IMG/VR virus record: IMGVR_UViG_3300024274_000264
DNA: 64,000 nucleotides
Direction: 5' to 3' (one strand)
From: a virus
Made by a program: the position numbers and the translations under genes. A model generated the notes under the pieces. It was not told the DNA's origin, ran no database searches, and was given only the letters and a program-made list of their open reading frames with translations. Below are positions 41,625-50,055 of this stretch, piece by piece (position 1 is the stretch's first letter; every line of letters begins with the position of its first letter).

Positions 41625-41879
41625 ATGAATTCTGATCAAGAACAATTTTATGTATTTGTTTCAAAAAATCACGAAGTGATTCCTGTCTTTTGCCCAGTTT
41701 GTGAGTTTACTTTGAAAACTTTTGATGACATTCTTTCTTTCAAAGAGTCAAAAGCTTGTTTTTTGTGTGAAACCACATTTGTTAAAGCAAAGATAGAAGT
41801 TGATAAAAACTCAGAAATATATAAAAAATACATTAACAAAAGAAAACAAATGCACAAAATATCTTTTGATTTTGTATAA
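41625..41879 (+). CDS. Small zinc-finger protein
   Basis: CPVC...CFLC. Starts 3 nt after the SbcDC stop. Confidence 0.7.
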   Translation: MNSDQEQFYVFVSKNHEVIPVFCPVCEFTLKTFDDILSFKESKACFLCETTFVKAKIEVDKNSEIYKKYINKRKQMHKISFDFV

Positions 41880-42052
41880 TTCTGATTATCAAAGAAAATT
41901 AAAAGGTTCAAAGTTTTTTCAGTTCGGAAATTCCCGAGTCACAAATTTGTAAATTGCTAGAAATAAAAATAATTGACGGATTGGGCGATAAAATTCAATC
42001 AAGTTCCAATTTGTTAAAACAGATTTAAATTTAATTTTCAATAATTAAAAAT

Positions 42053-42496
42053 ATGGCACAAGTTAAAAATTATCTAACATATCAAAGATTAGCGAATGCG
42101 CTTGCAAAAAATTCAGGTCAAGACGAGAGAAAAAATCACTGGATTAAATTTGAAGCAATGGATGATGGACTATTAAAAGTTGTTCACCAGTCTTTTGTTT
42201 CTGCTGGTCATCAATCTGTAAAACTTGAACTTCAAAGAAAATGGCGACAAGATGCATTAGCTGACATTCAAAATAGAATGAAAAGAATAGAAGAAGATTA
42301 TGAAAAACTTTCAGAAACTGCTGAAAAATCTGAAGTTTTATCTAAGAATGAATATTCCGAACCCGCAAAAAAGAAAATAAGTTTAGAAATATTAGATAGT
42401 TCTATTCAAGAAACGTCTGATCCACTATCTTATCAAGTTTACAGTGTTCAAAAGACATCAGTTTATAAAGTTTTTGCATTAATTCGTGTAAAATAA
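42053..42496 (+). CDS. Hypothetical protein upstream of the terminase genes
   Basis: 147-aa ORF preceded by TAATTA. Confidence 0.75.
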   Translation: MAQVKNYLTYQRLANALAKNSGQDERKNHWIKFEAMDDGLLKVVHQSFVSAGHQSVKLELQRKWRQDALADIQNRMKRIEEDYEKLSETAEKSEVLSKNEYSEPAKKKISLEILDSSIQETSDPLSYQVYSVQKTSVYKVFALIRVK

Positions 42497-42524
42497 CTAA
42501 TAATATTCTATAGTTAGTTTTACG

Positions 42525-43154
42525 ATGTCTATTATATGTATTAAAAACCTAGAAAAAAAAGAAATTCAAGATAAAATTAAACAATATGAGGAAGACTTAG
42601 AGCTCTTTGCAAAAGAGTGCCTGCACATACATCATCCAGTTAAAGGTAAAATTCCATTTATTTTCAATTTTTATCAACAGTTTTTTGATAAAAGTCTGAA
42701 TAAGCACCAAAAGGGAGATTATCTTTTAGGGATGAGGCAAGTTGGCAAGACTAATTTTCTTGTTGCCTTTACTCTCCATCAAATATTATTCAACTCTGGA
42801 AAAACAATAGGATTTATGGGAACAAGTTTTTCAAGTGGGAAATTTTTTCTAGAAAAACTTAAATGGCAGTATGATCTGTTGCCAGAGCATGTTAAAAATT
42901 TAGCGAAAGTTGAAGTTTCAACTACTAGAAAAATGAACCTAAGCAATGGATCTTCAATAACAATTTTGGCACTTGCAGTTGATGCGTTCCGCGGCTTTAA
43001 TTTTGATACAGTTATTTTTGATGAAGCGGATTTTATTGAGAATTTTGAAGAGCATTTTGAAATGGCGAAACTTACAGTCTATCCACACGGTAGAATTATT
43101 ATAGCATCTACCCCAAAGTCCGCCGAAAAATTTTCAGAGTATTTTTATCTTTAA
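42525..43154 (+). CDS. Terminase large-subunit ATPase-domain-only paralogue
   Basis: HPVKGKIPF, YQQ, Walker A RQVGKT, RG, Walker B VIFDEA, motif C STP. No nuclease domain. Confidence 0.85.
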   Translation: MSIICIKNLEKKEIQDKIKQYEEDLELFAKECLHIHHPVKGKIPFIFNFYQQFFDKSLNKHQKGDYLLGMRQVGKTNFLVAFTLHQILFNSGKTIGFMGTSFSSGKFFLEKLKWQYDLLPEHVKNLAKVEVSTTRKMNLSNGSSITILALAVDAFRGFNFDTVIFDEADFIENFEEHFEMAKLTVYPHGRIIIASTPKSAEKFSEYFYL

Positions 43155-43168
43155 TAGAGAATTAAGTA

Positions 43169-45265
43169 ATGGCAAATGATACACAGAAAGCGCAAGCCTC
43201 GATAAAGATTCAAGAACTACAGCGCTGCAAAGAAGATCCAATTTATTTTATAAAAAATTATATATACATCCAACACCCAGTTAAAGGAAGAATTCCTTTA
43301 AAATTATATCCATTCCAAGAAGACTGTATAAATGATTTTTTAGAATTTAAATATAATATTGTTGTTAAATCTAGGCAGCTTGGTTTAAGTACAATTACGT
43401 CGGCCTATTGTCTTTGGTATGCGATGTTTCATATGGATAAAGACATTAGACTAATGGCCACAAGACTTGAAACTGCCAAAAACATGATTCAAAAAATTCG
43501 AATCGCGTTTAAGGATGTTCCTCCGTGGATTAAAACAATGTTGGGTTTGACAGAAACAGAAAAAGAATCTGTTAAATATATCGAATTTACAAATGGTTCT
43601 AAAATTGAGGCGATACCAACAACGCCAGAAAGCGTGCGCGGTATTGCTTGTTCTTTGTTAATCATTGATGAATGTGTGTCTGGAGATTCTGTTATTTATT
43701 TAAAAAAAGAAGAGTTGAATCTTATTTTTGAGAAAAAGATAGAAGATCTTTGGAAAGAATTTCAAAGAATGGAGCATGAAAATTATAAAGTTCTAACTCC
43801 AAGTGGATGGAGTAATTTTACTGGTATTAAAAAAACTGAAAAAAAATCTTACCTTTTAATAAAAACAGAAAAAGCTGAATTGAAATGTTCTTATGAACAT
43901 AAAGTAAAAATTACAGAAAACGAATTTGTCGAAGCAAATTTTCTGGAAGTCGGTGATACATTATTAAATGTTGGGGAAGTTTTAAGTATTAAGGAAATTA
44001 TTTCCGATATTGAATTATATGATTTATTGAATGTTGAACTAGGAAATGAATATTTTACTAATGGATTCATTTCTTCTAATTGTGCCCACATCGAAAAATT
44101 TTCAGATATTTGGGAAGCTGCCCGACCAACGATTACAACAGGTGGCGATGCGATTTTATTTTCTTCTCCGAATGGCAAAAACGAATTTTACGAAATTTAT
44201 AAAAATGCCAATACTGAAGAAATGAGAAAAGATAGAATTGGTTTACATTGTGAAGATGTTGGAGTTAATGGGTTTCACGCAGTTAAATTACCGTGGCAAG
44301 TACACCCAGATAGAGATGAAAAATGGTTTGAAAATGAAACCAAATCAATGGATGCGAAAAAGATTGATAAAGAATATTGCTGCGGATTTGAAGGTTCTGG
44401 AAATACATTTTTCGATGCAGATACTATAGAGTGGATTAAATCTAATATAACTTCACCAATTTCTGAAGAGGCAAAAAACAATGATTTTTGGATATGGGCT
44501 CAACCAGAAGAAAATCATAAATATATTTTATCTTGTGATATAGCAAGGGGAGATGGCGAAGATCATTCTTGTTGCCATATTATTGATACAACTTTGGATG
44601 AACAGGTTGCAGAATTTTATGGAAAAATGGCACCAGACAAGTTTGCAGAACTTGTTGCCGAGTATGGATATAAGTATAATACTGGTAAAATTGTTTGTGA
44701 ACTTAATTCAATTGGAATTGCCGCAGCCATTAAACTAAGAGATATTAAATACCCAAATCTTTATTATGATGAAAAAATAATGGAAAATATTCATCTTATG
44801 TCAGATGAAGAAAAAGAAAATATTTATCCAGGACATACAACATCTCCAAAATCTAGAGAAAGGTTACTGTCTCAATTAGAAAACGTTTTAAGAAACAAGC
44901 TATTAAAAATTAATTCTTTAAGATTTGCAAGAGAATTAGATACATTTGTTTGGAATGGCAAAAAAACCCAAGCGCTAAGAGGAAAATTTGATGATTCGAT
45001 CATGTCCTTATCTTTTGCTTTATTAATTTATGAACCTACTGGTCTTAGCAAAAACAAACAAAACTCAAATGGTTTGTCGTGGCAAGATATATTTTTAAAT
45101 GCAATAAAACCTAAATCATCAGATGTTAATAATGTGAATTTGCATAAAGAAACTTTATCGAAAGAAATTCTTAATCAAGAACAGAAAAATGTACCAAACA
45201 CAAAACAATCAGTTTCTGGGTTAAAAATGTTTGGTTTGTCGATAGCAGATCTTTTAAAAGATTAA
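43169..45265 (+). CDS. gp17: Terminase large subunit (gp17-like) with mini-intein
   Basis: DPIYFIKNY..HPVKG..LYPFQ, KSRQLGLST, LIIDE|CAH, SSPNG, and nuclease motifs CDIARGDG.D and DDSIMS. Confidence 0.95.
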   Translation: MANDTQKAQASIKIQELQRCKEDPIYFIKNYIYIQHPVKGRIPLKLYPFQEDCINDFLEFKYNIVVKSRQLGLSTITSAYCLWYAMFHMDKDIRLMATRLETAKNMIQKIRIAFKDVPPWIKTMLGLTETEKESVKYIEFTNGSKIEAIPTTPESVRGIACSLLIIDECVSGDSVIYLKKEELNLIFEKKIEDLWKEFQRMEHENYKVLTPSGWSNFTGIKKTEKKSYLLIKTEKAELKCSYEHKVKITENEFVEANFLEVGDTLLNVGEVLSIKEIISDIELYDLLNVELGNEYFTNGFISSNCAHIEKFSDIWEAARPTITTGGDAILFSSPNGKNEFYEIYKNANTEEMRKDRIGLHCEDVGVNGFHAVKLPWQVHPDRDEKWFENETKSMDAKKIDKEYCCGFEGSGNTFFDADTIEWIKSNITSPISEEAKNNDFWIWAQPEENHKYILSCDIARGDGEDHSCCHIIDTTLDEQVAEFYGKMAPDKFAELVAEYGYKYNTGKIVCELNSIGIAAAIKLRDIKYPNLYYDEKIMENIHLMSDEEKENIYPGHTTSPKSRERLLSQLENVLRNKLLKINSLRFARELDTFVWNGKKTQALRGKFDDSIMSLSFALLIYEPTGLSKNKQNSNGLSWQDIFLNAIKPKSSDVNNVNLHKETLSKEILNQEQKNVPNTKQSVSGLKMFGLSIADLLKD
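43673..44080 (+). mobile_element. Mini-intein (136 aa, no endonuclease) in terminase Walker B
   Basis: Starts CVSGDS, block B CSYEHKV, ends LYDLLNVELGNEYFTNGFISSN followed by Cys+1. Confidence 0.92.
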
Positions 45266-45690
45266 ATACCTGGATAAATAAAATAATTTGTATCGACAAC
45301 AGATAAACTTCCTGTAATTGAACTGTTTACAGGGGATACTAAACTTGGCACGCCATTTCTTGGAATAGACGTTAGACCAGCAATAACATGAACGCCATTA
45401 CTATTTTCGATATAAAGATCTTTTATTCTCAGATAATATGGACCAAAAAACATATTTGAAGAATTTGATTCAATTTTCATAATATTATTAGTAGGAGAAC
45501 CAGATGAGTCAAAAGAAATAAAAGCTGTTCTTGCCGCTTGTGTAAATCTAAAACAAATCCATTGGGAAACATATGGAAGTTCTATTTTATATCTTGTAGA
45601 AACGACACCTACGCCAGTAACATATGGTAAACCAGACAGTTGATAATTTGGAGTAAATCCATAGCCCGCAGAAACGTTATAAATACTCAT
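45262..45690 (-). CDS. Tandem paralogue 3, putative virion beta-sandwich protein
   Basis: PNYQLSGLPYVT...PYVSQWI...LRIKDLY...AGLTSI...DTNYFIYPGI. Confidence 0.8.
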   Translation of the reverse strand: MSIYNVSAGYGFTPNYQLSGLPYVTGVGVVSTRYKIELPYVSQWICFRFTQAARTAFISFDSSGSPTNNIMKIESNSSNMFFGPYYLRIKDLYIENSNGVHVIAGLTSIPRNGVPSLVSPVNSSITGSLSVVDTNYFIYPGI

Positions 45691-45694
45691 GTTG

Positions 45695-46087
45695 TTAAAT
45701 ACCTCGATAGGCGAATATATTTGTTGAATCTAAATCTGTACTACTAGAAAGACTTGCATATGATGCGGTATTGATTAGATCAAAACCATTTTCGATAGTA
45801 GTTAACCCAGCCATAACAATTGCAGAACCAGCCGTAATATAAAGTTTTTTTATTCGAACTGGGAGTGGCACCATTTCAACAAAAGCAGAACTTAAACCAG
45901 TTATTTCATTGTTTGTTGTTATTGCACCTTGTGTAAAAGCAATTCTAGTTGTCGTTGCTGTTCTTATAAGTATCCACTGTGTTAAGTATGGAAATTCAAT
46001 AGTGTTGATTCCAGAACTTGTAACATATGGTAAGCCAGATAGTTGATAATTCGGAACATTAAATTGACCAGTTTTATATACACTCAT
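45695..46087 (-). CDS. Tandem paralogue 2, putative virion beta-sandwich protein
   Basis: PNYQLSGLPYVT...FPYLTQWI...VRIKKLY...AGLTTI...STNIFAYRGI. Confidence 0.8.
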   Translation of the reverse strand: MSVYKTGQFNVPNYQLSGLPYVTSSGINTIEFPYLTQWILIRTATTTRIAFTQGAITTNNEITGLSSAFVEMVPLPVRIKKLYITAGSAIVMAGLTTIENGFDLINTASYASLSSSTDLDSTNIFAYRGI

Positions 46088-46093
46088 TTTTAA

Positions 46094-46498
46094 TCAAATA
46101 CCTCTATAGGCAAAATAATTGGTGTCTGTAACAGCCAAACCACCAGTTAGCGAAGTTAAAGCGCCTGTTGATACCAAAACATAGCAATTGTTTATATCAA
46201 TTTGTGTTAATCCGCACATAACTTGAATTCCAGAACCACTAAAATGAAGATCTGTAACTCTTAATCTTAAAGGTCCAAGAGTTGTATTTGCAGGAAGGAT
46301 AAAACTGTTACCAGTAGAAAATCCAGATGGCGTAAATGCCATTGTGATAGCCGAACCGCTAGACCTTACCAGAATCCATTGGGTTAGATAGGGAAAAGAA
46401 ATTGAAGCAGCTGAATTGCTTGATGTAACAAAAGGTAAACCAGAAATTTGAAATTCTGGAACAAACCCTGGGCCAGCTTTACTATACGAATAACTCAT
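46094..46498 (-). CDS. Tandem paralogue 1, putative virion beta-sandwich protein
   Basis: PEFQISGLPFVT...FPYLTQWI...LRVTDLH...CGLTQI...DTNYFAYRGI. Confidence 0.8.
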   Translation of the reverse strand: MSYSYSKAGPGFVPEFQISGLPFVTSSNSAASISFPYLTQWILVRSSGSAITMAFTPSGFSTGNSFILPANTTLGPLRLRVTDLHFSGSGIQVMCGLTQIDINNCYVLVSTGALTSLTGGLAVTDTNYFAYRGI

Positions 46499-46506
46499 AA
46501 CGGTAA

Positions 46507-46528
46507 TAATTATTTATCTTTATAATTA
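46507..46528. promoter_or_regulatory. Divergent promoter region with two palindromic TAATTA motifs
   Basis: TAATTA at 46507-46512 and 46523-46528 in the 35-nt gap between divergent ATGs. Confidence 0.5.
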
Positions 46529-46533
46529 TTGGC

Positions 46534-47073
46534 ATGTCGTTTGCAATATCAAAATTCGTTTTTGGATCACCAGAAGAAGATTATAAATCTTTTGCCAGAA
46601 CATTTCTTGGTGAAGAAATAAAAAAATATGGTAATACTCAGTATGCTGAACTCGCGGTTTTATTAAGTGTTATTCGCGGAGTTTCTTTGATTCATCAGCA
46701 AAACCATTGGATAACGCAAGGAAAAGAGTTTTATGGTGATCATTTATTGTTTATGAGATTATATGAATCTGTCGATGCTGAAATTGATAAACTCGCAGAA
46801 AAAATAATTGGACTTTCGACAATAAATTTTGTTTGTCTTGTTCCACAACTTACACATATAAATAATTTTATAAAATTATTCAGTTCAGAATTATCAGAAA
46901 AAACTACAGTAAAATCAAGTTATCAAGCTGAGTTATTTTTTATGGCATTTTGCACAATCGTTTTCGAACAACTTAAAACAGTTAAGTTATTAACTCCTGG
47001 TTTGGAGCAGACGATTGGTACATTTTTAGAAAATCATGAAACAAACATTTATTTGTTAAAACAACGCTATTGA
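46534..47073 (+). CDS. dps: Dps/ferritin-like protein
   Basis: HQQNHWITQGKEFYGDHLLFMRLYESVDAEIDKLAEKI carries the Dps ferroxidase pattern HW..G..F..H..F..LY....D..AE. Confidence 0.85.
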   Translation: MSFAISKFVFGSPEEDYKSFARTFLGEEIKKYGNTQYAELAVLLSVIRGVSLIHQQNHWITQGKEFYGDHLLFMRLYESVDAEIDKLAEKIIGLSTINFVCLVPQLTHINNFIKLFSSELSEKTTVKSSYQAELFFMAFCTIVFEQLKTVKLLTPGLEQTIGTFLENHETNIYLLKQRY

Positions 47074-47075
47074 TT

Positions 47076-47396
47076 TTAGATCATATGTACAAAATCGGCA
47101 GGCACCCAAACAATTCTTTTATATTTGTCTAGATATACTGGAAAAGCGCTCGTTGTTTCACTTCCTGCCATAATTTCACTTTTATCAATCATTTTTAATG
47201 TTGATTTGTAAACTTTTATTGGTAATCCTGTAATCTCTCCTGTTTCTCCTGCATCAATTCCACCCGCAACAGATAAAAATCCGTGTCCGCCTTGGTCAAT
47301 GAATATTTCATTATTTTCCATTCTAGCATCATATACTGGTATTTTTTCAGGTATTATTTTATCTAGTTGGCGTCTGCCAAGCATTACTCTTTCCAT
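47076..47396 (-). CDS. Hypothetical protein directly downstream of groEL
   Basis: 106-aa ORF starting 3 nt after the groEL stop, beta-rich. Confidence 0.7.
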   Translation of the reverse strand: MERVMLGRRQLDKIIPEKIPVYDARMENNEIFIDQGGHGFLSVAGGIDAGETGEITGLPIKVYKSTLKMIDKSEIMAGSETTSAFPVYLDKYKRIVWVPADFVHMI

Positions 47397-47399
47397 TAT

Positions 47400-50054
47400 T
47401 TATTCTTCTTCCTTTTTTCTTTCTTCTTCTGGTGTTAAAATAACACAGTTGCATGTTAGCATTAATCCAACAACCGAACTTGCAAATTCAAGTGCATATC
47501 TAGTAACTTTAACTGGATCAATTACTCCACTATCAACTAGGTTTTCATATTTGTGACTAAAGGCATTATAACCGAAATTAATAGAGTTTGTTGCTCTTGC
47601 TAATTCATTCATAATAACTTCTGGGTTCTTTCCTGTATTCTCGACGATTACTTTCAATGGAGTTTTGCAAGTTTCATATACAATTTTTGCACCAAAAATT
47701 TCGTCTTCATTTAATTTAGTTTCATTTTTTTGAATCTCTGAATTTAGAAATTCCGCGCAATAGAAAAGTGCTGTTCCTCCTCCTGGTAATATTCCTTCTT
47801 GAACTGCTGCCTGTGTAGCATTCAAAGCATCATCTACTCTGTCTTTTTTCTCAATTATTTCTACTTCTGTTGAACCGCCAACATGGATGATGGCAATACC
47901 ACCTGCAAGTTTGGCTAAACGTTTTTTAATATTGTTCCGCTTTAAGTCGTCTAACCCATCAACTGGTAATAGTAAAGTTTGTTTAAGTTCTTTTATTCTT
48001 TCGTCAACTTGTTCTTTTTTAACTGTGTCTCCAAGACCAAACAAAGTTGTTTGAGTTTTTGAAATGGTTATTTTTTCACAAGATCCTAAATGTTCTTCTT
48101 TTAATTTTTCAAGCTGAATTGATTGTGCGGCATCAAAGCAAGTCGCGCCTGTTACCAAACAAATATCATGAAGAATGTCAATTCTGTTATCTCCATAAGA
48201 AGGAGCTTTAACAGCACAAGAAATAACTGCACCGTGCATTTTATTTGTGAGCAACATATGGAGTGGCTCTTGTTCGATTTCATCGGCTATAATCAATAAA
48301 GGTCTAGATTTTTCATTAGCAATACTCATAACTGGAATAAGTTGTTCTTTTGTAGAAATTTTCTTATTCGTTACAAGAACATATGGTTTTTCAAGTTCCG
48401 ATGTTAGTTTTTCTTGATTGGTAACAAAAAAAGGCGAAACATACCCAACTTCTAAACTAAGACCATCAATAACACTAAGTGTTGTTTTAACACTTTTAGC
48501 TTTCTCGACCGTAATAATTCCATCTTCTCCAACTTTTCTTATTGCTTCACAAAGTAATTTTCCGATTTCTCTATCACCATTTGCCGATATTGTTCCAACA
48601 GAGATGATATCTTCATCATTTCTAACTTCAGTTGCGATTTCCTTTAAACGACTAATGACAACATTTGTTGCCCAATCGATTCCTTTTTTAAGTGCAATAG
48701 AATCTCTTCCCGCAGAAGAAAGTTTATAACCGTTATTAAAAAGATTATATGCTAATACAGTGGCAGTTGTAGTGTTGTGTGTAACGACATAATCATCTGT
48801 AATATACAAATTATCTGGATTGCTTACCTTTATACACTGCATTTCAGTATATTGATTTGTTTTTCGAATATCTGTAATTTTTATTCCACCTTTATATCCT
48901 TTCAATTCGCTAACTCTATAAATTGGACTTTTCCCATAAGCACTGTTTTCTTTTCTGTTTAGTTTATAACAATATACTGTTTTTCCAAGCCCTCGACAAA
49001 GCTCAACGAAATCTTTGCATAATTGTTCACTTACTGTGCTAAATTCAAACAAACCTTTTTTATTAATCGACCCATCTGTATCAATTAAACCATTTAATAA
49101 TTTTTGCCTATTTTCTTTTGAGGAATATAAATATTCTTTTGGAATGAATTTAGAATGACTATTTTTGCCAAGTAGATTTAATTCTTTTAAAATTAGTTTT
49201 ATTATAGATTTATGACTTTTAACTGGCCGATTTTTTCTTTGACTACCAGTAATAGTTGCTTTTATGAAATGTTTATTTTCTGTATAATAACGTTTTCGTA
49301 TTTTGCAGTTTTCTGGCAAAACCAACTGATCTAAGATGTAATCTTCTTTTAGACCCACAGAAATTTCAACATCTGATTTTTCTGATAAACTACCATCTCC
49401 AAGTAATACTCCTAAAGTGTATGGATCAATTTTAAGTTTTTCTTTATTGATAAATTCGACTTGAGTAGTTTGAACATAGTATTTATGACGATTATGTTTA
49501 TAGAAATCGTCTTTCATTATTTTTGTTGGAATTGTTTTTTTATTGTTTGCGTAATCAGTTATTGTCCAAAGATGATCTTCGCAACATTCAACTGTTCGGC
49601 CATCAGAAAATTTAATTTGATAAATTTCTTTTTTTCCTTTTGGGTAAATGCCAACAACTTTTTGAATAGTGTTGTTCGTTCCACAGATTTCATCTCCAAT
49701 TTTTAATTCTCCCATTGGTTTCCAACCGCTGGGTGTCAAAACCTTAGCATAAAGGGGTTGAGGACCATCTCCAGCCAGTTCATTGGTTTTTAATGCGACT
49801 TCTTTAACAAGTTCAGCTCCAATGTTTTGCAAATCATCTTTTAAATTAATGTTTTTAGCTACGGTGACTCCATCCTTTGTAATAAAAGGTGGAGATATTC
49901 CATTGTCGATAATAACATTGTGACCAGATGGTCCCATTGTAGATTTAACAGCTTTATAAAGGATCTCTGCTCCTTTAAGCAATTCCTTTTGACCTTTTTC
50001 GCCGAAAACGACATCTTGATGTGTTTTATTTAACAAAGTATCAGTTATATTCAT
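47400..50054 (-). CDS. groEL: Chaperonin GroEL (Cpn60) interrupted by an intein
   Basis: AVKSTMGPSG, ITKDGVTVAK, AGDG|TTTATVLA, TISANGD, AVKAPSYGD, RLAKLAGG, EGILPGGG, GVIDPVKV. 554 aa after splicing. Confidence 0.97.
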   Translation of the reverse strand: MNITDTLLNKTHQDVVFGEKGQKELLKGAEILYKAVKSTMGPSGHNVIIDNGISPPFITKDGVTVAKNINLKDDLQNIGAELVKEVALKTNELAGDGPQPLYAKVLTPSGWKPMGELKIGDEICGTNNTIQKVVGIYPKGKKEIYQIKFSDGRTVECCEDHLWTITDYANNKKTIPTKIMKDDFYKHNRHKYYVQTTQVEFINKEKLKIDPYTLGVLLGDGSLSEKSDVEISVGLKEDYILDQLVLPENCKIRKRYYTENKHFIKATITGSQRKNRPVKSHKSIIKLILKELNLLGKNSHSKFIPKEYLYSSKENRQKLLNGLIDTDGSINKKGLFEFSTVSEQLCKDFVELCRGLGKTVYCYKLNRKENSAYGKSPIYRVSELKGYKGGIKITDIRKTNQYTEMQCIKVSNPDNLYITDDYVVTHNTTTATVLAYNLFNNGYKLSSAGRDSIALKKGIDWATNVVISRLKEIATEVRNDEDIISVGTISANGDREIGKLLCEAIRKVGEDGIITVEKAKSVKTTLSVIDGLSLEVGYVSPFFVTNQEKLTSELEKPYVLVTNKKISTKEQLIPVMSIANEKSRPLLIIADEIEQEPLHMLLTNKMHGAVISCAVKAPSYGDNRIDILHDICLVTGATCFDAAQSIQLEKLKEEHLGSCEKITISKTQTTLFGLGDTVKKEQVDERIKELKQTLLLPVDGLDDLKRNNIKKRLAKLAGGIAIIHVGGSTEVEIIEKKDRVDDALNATQAAVQEGILPGGGTALFYCAEFLNSEIQKNETKLNEDEIFGAKIVYETCKTPLKVIVENTGKNPEVIMNELARATNSINFGYNAFSHKYENLVDSGVIDPVKVTRYALEFASSVVGLMLTCNCVILTPEEERKKEEE
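48774..49763 (-). mobile_element. Class-3-type intein (Pro1, 330 aa) with LAGLIDADG endonuclease in GroEL
   Basis: Starts PQPLYAKVLTPSGW. WCT signature: EDHLW, MQCIKV, VVTHN. Thr+1. LAGLIDADG motifs LGVLLGDGS and LNGLIDTDGS. Confidence 0.93.
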
Positions 50055-50055
50055 T

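Noticed and set aside
45262-46498. Diversity-generating retroelement explanation for the three paralogues
   Set aside because: No reverse transcriptase in the window and no ~100-nt template/variable repeat pair differing only at adenines. Divergence is spread throughout.
47076-47396. Calling this ORF groES
   Set aside because: Only size, position and an AGGI tetrapeptide agree. The PLxDRV and GxVxAVG motifs are absent.
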